Shown here: one piece after another, positions 54,711 to 64,000 of the stretch
Numbering within the stretch: the first letter of the stretch is position 1
How the letters are laid out: the number at the start of each line of letters is the position of its first letter
Assembly (NCBI RefSeq): GCF_009914755.1
Contig: NC_060925.1
Reading direction: 5' to 3' (one strand)
Source of the DNA: the human T2T-CHM13v2.0 reference genome, Homo sapiens
Length of the DNA: 64,000 bases
Made by a program: the position numbers and the translations under genes
Notes under the pieces: generated by a model
What the model saw: only the letters and a program-made list of their open reading frames with translations
Told to the model about the DNA's origin: nothing
Databases searched by the model: none

Positions 54711-56989
54711 CAAAATGTGATTCTTAAAGAAGAAATTGAAATAACCCTACTGTGACTAAGATGGGAGGCAATCTGTAAGAATAGTAATAAATTTGCTAGA
54801 ATATCTCCTTTCAGCTGTGTTCAGTACAACAATTGGCTACTTTAGAAAACGTAAAGTTTCTAGTCTTTGTAGGACCCCCAGTCCAGTTTTCCTAAGATGT
54901 TTGCTTCACATGGAAAGTATGAATCTTGTTTTTTACTTTTGTTTTATTTTTACTTAGTTTGTTTTTACTTTGATAGCTCTATAGGTAACTGGGAGCATTT
55001 AAAAATGTCTTTCTCAAGGAGATAAAAGCCTTTCGTCCCATCGGAACACCTTAATTTGTGAAATCTTTTGGTCAATAGGCTTGGCAGGCTTCTGGTGGGT
55101 CCTACCAGGTTCTTATGACTTTTTAGCTCAGACTTACCAGGGAAGAGAGAAGCCATTTGAGGTGATAAACATCATTATGAGAGGATTCAGTTAAATCAGG
55201 CACACAAAAAAAGTTGTACCAAAATTCATAAGTCTGCCAAACAGAAATTCAAAGAAAAGAGTTCTTATTTGCTTGTAAAGGTTGCTCTAACTTTAAGGTG
55301 GTAGCAAAGCTCTAGGTCATCTTAATATAGGAAGTGGCAGAATTTTAGACAATTGAGTTTTTTGTTTGATTTGTTTGCTCTATTTTCCAGAGGACTCAGC
55401 CTTACAGGAATCTGTAATATTTGCATAATTCCTAGATAACCATAGAAATAAAATATTTTTTTTCTGTCTGACTTAAATACTATGGCATCCCAAGAGCAGA
55501 AATTACATTTATCAAGAGAGCGTTTACCACTGCCCAAACATTAGTTTCATGAATTGGGGAAAACATCAGACCACCCAGATATTATACACACCACAACTAG
55601 ACAAAAAATCTCACCTTACCTTCTATAAGCTTTCGTTCTATGAAATCCAACTGCCATAATATTTCTAGTAAAATTGTTAAATGAAAACTTCCTATAGTTA
55701 GTTTGGGTGTGGCATGAAAATAATTCTGCTCACAAATAGCATATCTCTTTTATGTTTTGAACAATTTTATCTTATTATTAGGTGTCATTAAGATTCTAGT
55801 GCCCTTAAAATCCCTCTCTCATTCAAATTGTTTTATTGGTGGCATAACAACCCTAAGCCAATAGGAGGCTGTGATATTGGAATTATTTTGTTAGGTAATT
55901 CCCACAATCAACCACATTTATTTTAGCCCATTTTTAAATCCATATGTCCATTTATTTATCTCTACATAGTTTTAAAATGAACAACTTTTTATTGTTTTAA
56001 AAGTGGAGCGTACAAGGTTGAACTATATCATGTTTTTAACAACAGCTTTTACAGACCTATCAGCAAAATTATTACCTTTGGAAATGTCCTTTTGCCTTTA
56101 AGGAACTCTACAATGAATTACTAATATTTAAGCAGGCAGTTATAAAGTTTTATATCTCAAAAATCAGCTATCAATTTTGCATAAGGTAGTTTAGTTTTTG
56201 TTGAAGGACAAAGATTTCTATTTAAAATATTATGTATTTTTTGAAGTTAGGAAGAAGCTATGACTAGTTTAACTTATTTAAAAATTAATTCAGATTTTAG
56301 GGACCAAACCAGAAGATCTAGATAATTATTATGCAATTGTTCCATCAGAGAATTTGTTTTCTTTGCAAAAGCTGAAATCTGCTATCTACAATATTGTAGT
56401 AGTCCCCAAAATTGTCTATGTTCTTTATTTTTTACTTTTTTGTAATAGGTCATTTTATTATAAAATTAGTTGACTCCTGGTTCGTAGCACTGAAATATTA
56501 GAGCTTAGTTGTGCAATACTGCAATTTGCTTGGTGAACCCTTATGTTCCTGTTAAGCCAAGAACTGTAACAAAGCTAAAGTATCAATTTGCAATGCTCTG
56601 TAGTTTCTGAGGATACCAGCAAATCATCTATAGTTTGAATAATTATAAATCCCTCTGGTTGGAAACATTTCTCTAAGTTCTATAAATGACTAGAAAATAT
56701 TGTAGGAAAATCCCAAAACCCTTGAGGAAACAATTGTGATAAATATTGGGTTCTTCCATAAGTGAAAGCAAATAAGAATCTAGTTCCATTCTCTAGAGGA
56801 ATATAAAGTATCAAAAATTAAAACATAGACAAATTATAGATAAATACTTTCAGAAAATGATACCAAGGTCAAAAGTCAGGATACATAATTAGGAAATACA
56901 GGAATTAATGTTAAGCTTTTGTACAAATCTATATAGTGGTCAACCATCTTTATCAAATTTATATTCCTCAGATGTAAAAAAGGGCAGCA

Positions 56990-57925
56990 TATTTATAAAT
57001 AAATGTTCAACATCACTAATTATCAAGAAAATGCAAATAAAACTCACAATGAAGTATTACCTCACACTTAGTGGTTATTAAAAAGACAAGAGATAACAAA
57101 TATTGCTGAGGGTATGGACAAAAGGGAACTCTTGTGCACTATTCATGGGAATGTAAATTAGAACAACAATTATGAAAATCAGGTTTAGAGTTTCCTCAAA
57201 AACTTAAAAACAGAATTACCATATGATTTAGTAATTTCACTATTGAGTATCCAAAGGAAATTAAATCAGTGTCTTAAAGCGAGATATATGAGATATGAGA
57301 TATATGAATCCTCATATTTGTTGTGATGTTATTTACAATAGGCAAGATATGGAAATTATCTAAGTGTTGCTGAATGAATAAATGGATTAAAAATATCATA
57401 TTTATTATACACAATGGAATATATTCAGTAGTGAAAAATAAGAAAATCCTGTCATTTGCAATGACATGGATAAACCTAGAGGACATTATGCTAAGTGAAC
57501 TAAGCTAAACACAGAAAGACAAATACTGTGTGATCCCACTTATATGTGGAATATAAAACATATGAATTTATATAAGCAGACAGAATAATAGTTGACAGGG
57601 GCTGAGGATATTGACCAAATAATACAAATTTTCAGTTACAGGATGAATAAGTTCTGAGGATCTAATGTAGGTATAGCGACCACAGTTTTACTGTATTGTT
57701 TACTTGAAATTTGCTAAAAGAGTAGATCTTAAGTATCTTCATCACACACACACTCAGACAAACCTGCACACACACACAATGGTAACTGTGTGAGGGAATC
57801 AATGTGTTAATTTGATTGGAGTAATCATTTCACAATGTAAAGGTATAGCAAATAAACAGATTGCACACCTTGCACACATACAATTTTTATTGGTCAATTA
57901 TACCTCAGTAAGTCTGGAAAAAATA
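56990..57925 (+). mobile_element. L1MA-like 3' end
   Basis: CAACATCACTAATTATCAAGAAAATGCAAAT...GACATTATGCTAAGTG...GAGTAGATCTTAAG...CAATTATACCTCAGTAA. Confidence 0.88.
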
Positions 57926-57989
57926 CCTTTTTAATTTACTAGAAGAACAATGTAATATTATAGGTGGGTGGCTTATTTACATTATTTAT

Positions 57990-60440
57990 CTTTTCTTACC
58001 ATTATATAACAGGCTTTGTTTCTTCTGATTGAGCTCTTGAAATCAGATATCATTTTGCATATGGCATGCACTTTGCTTTTGGTGAAATATTTTTATTGGC
58101 TCTATATCTCAAAGTACACCAGTATCAAGAGTCCCTAGCTCTGAAAGTGTTAGATAGATTTGTCCAGATAGGAGTGTTTTTCCAACATGGTGTGAAATTA
58201 CCACTCTCTGCCATTCCCCAAAACAATGTAGCTTGGGGTGATTTTCTAGTACAGTATGAGCCTGCAACTCTCTGCTATAACCCTTTACATTCACAAGGTG
58301 CATGGTAACCAAAGGAGATGCATTTTCCCCAAGGAATTCTACAGACACTCACTGGTGTACAGAATATGGTAACCTTTAAATTGCACAGCAATTTAAAGCG
58401 GGTCTCTCCCAAACAGCTTTATAAGAGAAACAGGAGAAAGTAAGAATGTATGTTCCTCAGCAAGATAACCTATCTGTATGGGAATAGTAGAGAAAAAGGA
58501 AAAAGTAGAAGGCTTACTCAACATATCAATAATTTGTAGTGCTCTTTCACCAAATGAAAAGCCAAAATTATCTGAGAAATTGCAGACTAAGTAGCAGCAG
58601 TAGCTTCAATTCCCGCCTCTGAGACTTCCTAAATGTGTCCATTTTTTTTCAGTGATTCAGCTGCATTTTTTTATTATACTTTAAGTTCTAGGATACATGT
58701 GCAGAACGTGCAGGTTTTTTACATAGGTATACATGTGCCATGGTGGTTTGCTGCACCCATCACCACGTCATCTACATTAGGTATTTCTCCTAATGCTATC
58801 CCTCCTCTAATCCCCAACCCCATGACAGGCCCCAGTGTGTAATGTTCCCCTCCCCATGTCCATGTGTTCTCTTTGTCTTTTTTTTTTTATACTTTAAGTT
58901 TTAGGGTATATGTGCACAACGTGCAGATTTGTTACATACGTATACATGTGCCATGTTGGTGTGCTGCACCCACTAACTCGTCATTTAGCATTAGGTATAT
59001 CTCCTAATGCTATCCCTCCCCCCTCCCCATACCTCACAACAGGCCCCGGTGTGTGATGTTCCCCTTCCTGTGTCCATGTGTTCTCATTGTTCAATTCCCA
59101 CATATGAGTGAGAACATGCAGTGTTTGGTTTTTTGTCCTTAGGATAGTTTGCTGAGAATGATGATTTCCAGCTCCATCCATGTCTCTACAAAGGACATGA
59201 ACTCATCATTTTTTATGGCTGCATAGTATTCCATGGTGTATATGTGCCACACTAAATGTGTCCATTTTAAGACACCTGTCAGTTATTCCTTAGGCTTTTG
59301 GGCTTTCCTGATTCTCGTGGTTCTACAATTTCTTTACCCTTCAGAATGTCTTTTTACAATCCCTCTCCCAACATACTGGCTTTTTGCAACAATGACTGGT
59401 CTTTTGCAACAGTTATTATTTCTTTATTTTCTTTATAGAAAGGGTGGCCGAAGTCGGGATAATTCCCTTTAGTGAAGAGTTTTAACTGAGCAGCCAATAC
59501 AGCAGTCTTTAATTCCTTTTTTGTCTTCGTCTTTCTTTAAATTATCTCAAACTGACCAGCTGGTGCTAAGATTGAATAATAATCTTTCTTTGCCATTTAC
59601 CACCTTTTTTCTAACTTGAGTTTATACAGTTGGCAAGAAAGCCAGGACAAGTTTTCTAAGATGAGAGCATGAGCTTGATCTGTCTGGTGAATTTTGAAAA
59701 AGCTTCAGCAATTTGCTGATGGAAATTGACAGAGTCCTCCAATCTTTTGAGTACACAACTGCAACTTCTTCCAGCTCATCTTTAATGAAGAGGCTTTAAG
59801 TAATGCCATTAACATCCCCTCCTGAGGATCTCTAACACCTTTAGTTTTTTCATAGCTGAGGGAGGTGGTGGATAATTGGGTCCCCTTAACCAAAATACTT
59901 CACGACGTTGCGGTGTTTTGGGCCGTGATGTGCTTGGTCCACCAAATGAGCAAATTCTTCTAGTTGCAGAATTTCATACAGTAGCCAGTGCATACCCCAT
60001 ACATGGGCTATAAGCTAAAAACATACTGCAGAATATTTCCACAAATTTCTGTGACACAGGGATTAAAAGCCTTTAAATGAATAATATCAGCTGGCCAGAA
60101 AGACATGTAGATTACTCAGGAGGCCTAGGTAGCTTAACAGTATTAGCTTCACTCTTGATCCATACAGGAAAAGTTTGTTTTCCTTGCACTGAGACAAGAA
60201 AAATATGAATTAGATAGCACTTTGGTTTCTCTTTCTGTGTTGATCTTTTCCAAATTAATTTTTTTTTTGTCTTTTCCTGAGGGACTAATGCAGCTTCTCT
60301 CCATCCTGTTGCCTTCATATGGGGCACAGTCTTTTATCAACATTTTCAGTGATTCCCAGATCAAGTTTCTTTGTCATGTCTACCTTCCTAGCTTCATGCT
60401 GTATGGATTAGAAGGGACTCTTGGAAGTGGAATCTAGGCT
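57990..60440 (-). pseudogene. Decayed class I ERV gag-pro-RT(N-term) fossil, interrupted by the L1 insertion
   Basis: Hand translation of the minus strand gives CA-like KFVEIFCSMFLAYSP (about 60050-60005) and WKKLQLCTQK (about 59775-59745), NC-like HCCKKPVCWERDC (about 59395-59357), protease C-terminus HTFLLSPVSLIKLFGRD/LLCNLKVTIFCTP (about 58452-58350), and RT start DTGVL*DIEPIKI...KPVI (about 58125-58005). Confidence 0.7.
58646..59251 (-). mobile_element. 5'-truncated L1PA3/4-like insertion with 3' transduction (L1PA6/7-like 3' end plus 16-nt unique tag)
   Basis: 17-bp TSD CTAAATGTGTCCATTTT at 58629-58645 and 59252-59268 encloses the L1 3' end at 58878-59251, a second L1 3' end at 58666-58877, the tag at 58650-58665 and a T tract. 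Confidence 0.85.
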
Positions 60441-62932
60441 GGCCAGAAAGCACAGAAATCTGTGTCATTAAATAAAGCAGGCAATTCATACTGGCTGAAA
60501 AAGTTATGACCTCATCCCCCTTTTCAGGAAAACCTAATAATGGAGGAAACTGTCTATGTAAAAAACCATCACCTCCCTCTTTCCTAGTGTTAGTTATGGA
60601 CAGAAAGGCTTAAAGACAGGCAGGGAGGGTAGAAGGAGAAGTGATAGCAGATAAATTTTCCACAGACTCATGCCTCCAAATACTGAGATTATCATGTAAA
60701 AATTGAAAATATAAGCTTCAGGAAGAGAAGTAAGAATTGTATTTCTAGAAAATTAAAGTAGCACCTGAATCATTTGAAAAAATAAATACTAAAATATACT
60801 TAAAGTGAGTATTGATACCATACCTTTGCAAATGGAACTAAAATTTGGGAGTTGGTCAGACATCTTTGTCCAAGAAGAGATTAGTTGAGCTTTTGTGTTT
60901 GCCTGATTATTATTTCCCATAGAATTGTAAGAAAAAGCATGAACTCTACATTGTAAAGCAAAACAAGAGAAAGACAAATTAAAAAGCACTTCCATTCCTT
61001 CTCCTTTGAGAAAAAAATTGGTCTCATTTGCTTCTAAATAGATTCACATAGAATTCTGATTTGTGTTGGAAAAAATTGTTTTGAAATACAACTTAGGTTT
61101 TATTGGAAATTAAAAGAATGATGTTTTGGTGTAGAACATAAAGTGAAATTAAATAATGATTTTTTCCATAATTATCTTGGTTTGGGAATACTTTATAAGA
61201 TAAAATTTTATAATTAGAGATAAATAGGAAATATATGTTTATTATAAAGCTTTTCTGAAGGAAAGAAAAATATGTATAAACTATGAAATGAAATTGATTT
61301 TAATTGAGGTTGTTACAAATGATACCCTGTTAGATTCATTGACAATATGAAGCTAGGGAAAAATGGTCTAAATTTTCAAATCACAGTTCAAGATTCTTTA
61401 TTTCAACAGCTTCAAGGAGTAAAAATGTAAAAGTACTTCATAAAACAACATTACATTTACTTACTTCTCCACAAATCATAAGAATTCTTGAAAGGAATTC
61501 AGAACACTTGGCCCTAATACCAGGTACCCAAACGTCCTTCATGAAGTGGAGAACCTTCCCTAAGCTATACATTGCATGTTGCCTCTAAATTAGTTTGAGT
61601 GTGAATAGAGCTCTTATGTTCAAAACCAGAGATCTTCTGTCAGAGGAGGAATAATTGAACATTTGTCACTTTCAAAACCAGTATTGAGCAAATTTTCATA
61701 AATAATCTGTATATTTGGCCACTTGAAGTGTGCTCCTGAGCTAAAATCAAAAACAAAACCACCCATTATTGTGTCAAATGACTTACTTTTACCAATAGAT
61801 AAATAATTAAAAATAAATTCATTATAAAACTTTTTAATGAAAACTCGAATTATAAAACTAAATATAGTTTCTATGTTTATGCAGATGACTAAGACATAAA
61901 TCAAATGAGTCAGTGGAAATGAGTATGCACAAGGTACTAAGATAAAAACACCTTATTTTACAAAAAAATACCTTCCTGAATCAATGCAAAAGAGTCAACT
62001 CATTGTGGATCTACTTACTACATATCAGGCTGTGTTCTAAAGACTCTTAAAAATACTAGAAAGTCTTTAGGGAAACATGTGATTATCTTCTAACATAACA
62101 GTGGATCGTGTTAGTCTAAATCGCATTCGAGGAGAATCATGCTTTAGTAATGTATAATTTTTACTCTTGTACTTGTTTGTCATAGGACAAGTTCTACCTT
62201 TTGGTAAGTATACCAAAAAATAATTCTCCTAAAGATTATTTACTATATACATATAAAACTCTATCTCAAGGGATTGATTGCTCTACCAGTTTTCAGCATA
62301 TCATAATGAATTGTATAAATTATCTAATCATAAATCGTCTCTTGTTAATAAAATACCTAAATTATTTAACAAGTTGGGTAAGATGGAAGGCAAGAAGTGG
62401 TAAACTGATTGACTTTTTTAATTATTGAAGATAGGTATCCCTATACAAAATTCAGATTTCTTTGCTCTCAATTTTTCCATTAGTAATGCATAATACTAAG
62501 GAAACCACACACAATTATTTTCCTCTCAATGAGGAGTTTGTTTCAATAAATGAGAATTGTGGTTTTATGCTAGGAATTATTGTTGGGTTATTATGTTGCT
62601 GTTTGATTGTTTCTGCTCATTATTTAAATATTTAATGAGAGGCTTTATCCAGCTTGTATTCTGAGGCTTTGAAGCAAAGGGCATAATTTAAAATAGCTAA
62701 GAAGTAAATAAATGTCATGATATTAAAAAAAATGAGATATGCAAAATATATTAAAAGCACTATTTTAATAATGGAATAATAAATTTTACTTTTCACTTGA
62801 GATGATGAAGTATAAAAAATGAGATTTGATCAGCTGTAAAATTTTAGAAACATGGCTATGCAATGCTAATTTTTGTCTGACAGTCTGTTGCAATGCCTGT
62901 GCCTAGTTGCTGCTCTAGAATGATGAGGGTGA

Positions 62933-63344
<412 letters not shown>

Positions 63345-63541
63345 AGGAGGAATTTTTAATGGTGGGTAGGTTGCTCAAAACTGTTTTTATTCAAAGAGAT
63401 TAGTAACACTCATATGTACATATTTACAACTAAGTAAATATTATGATGACCATTCTACAAAATATAATAATATATTATGATAGAAAAATGTGGATTTAAC
63501 TACTCGCTGTCTTCAAAAATATTTCAGGAATAGTTAATAGA

Positions 63542-63543
<2 letters not shown>

Positions 63544-63588
<45 letters not shown>
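63544..63588. repeat. (AT)n microsatellite
   Basis: Pure AT run of about 45 bp. Confidence 0.97.
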
Positions 63589-63591
<3 letters not shown>

Positions 63592-64000
63592 GTTATGCTT
63601 AAAAGGAAACATGTTTTACTTTAAAACAGAACTCTTAAGTGAGAGGGGTTTGAAGGTTGCAGCAAACTAACATGAGTATAAATCTTTGGCCTAGGTGTAA
63701 GCAGGAGGAAAAATAAAATGGAGATTAAGTACAGAAAAGCACATAATGATATGAGAGTCTCACACATACTTTGAGAATTTTAAAATGTGTTCACCAAAGA
63801 GAAAATGTAGTTGGGCTGTCACTATCTCCTTGAGTATGAATTTTATATTTGATAAAAACTTGGGGAAACTCAAGATAGAGATAAATCTTTTTGCATGGCA
63901 AAGTTCCTCTGTACTCAGTGGTAATATTCTCAGTCTACAACACTCTGGCTGAGTGATGGCAGAATGAAATGTTCAGTTATAATAATGTTCAATTAATTAA

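Noticed and set aside
58109-58348. LDTG in this ORF as a protease catalytic motif
   Set aside because: It lies downstream of the protease GRD motif, in the RT N-terminal position. The true catalytic region (about 58580-58610) is decayed.

Overview
Primate (human-like) AT-rich nuclear DNA with no recognisable protein-coding exon, RNA gene or CRISPR array. The supplied ORFs are transposon remnants or chance ORFs. The window is a layered transposon landscape. It holds about 12 Alus, old and young L1s, MIR/L2 fragments and many LTR elements. The largest LTR elements are a full-length but dead HERV-L provirus with two MLT2A1-type LTRs (31852-38478, nested inside an MLT1A MaLR), a full-length THE1C, and a MER41B solo LTR inserted inside an Alu. 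The two most notable hand-read observations are: (1) a textbook L1 3' transduction at 58629-59268, with one 17-bp TSD around two L1 3' ends plus a 16-nt source tag; and (2) a heavily decayed LTR-less class I retroviral gag-pro-RT fossil at about 57990-60440 that the ORF track only fragments. I found no convincing new biological system. Repeat subfamily names come from recalled consensus sequences and need RepeatMasker/Dfam confirmation.
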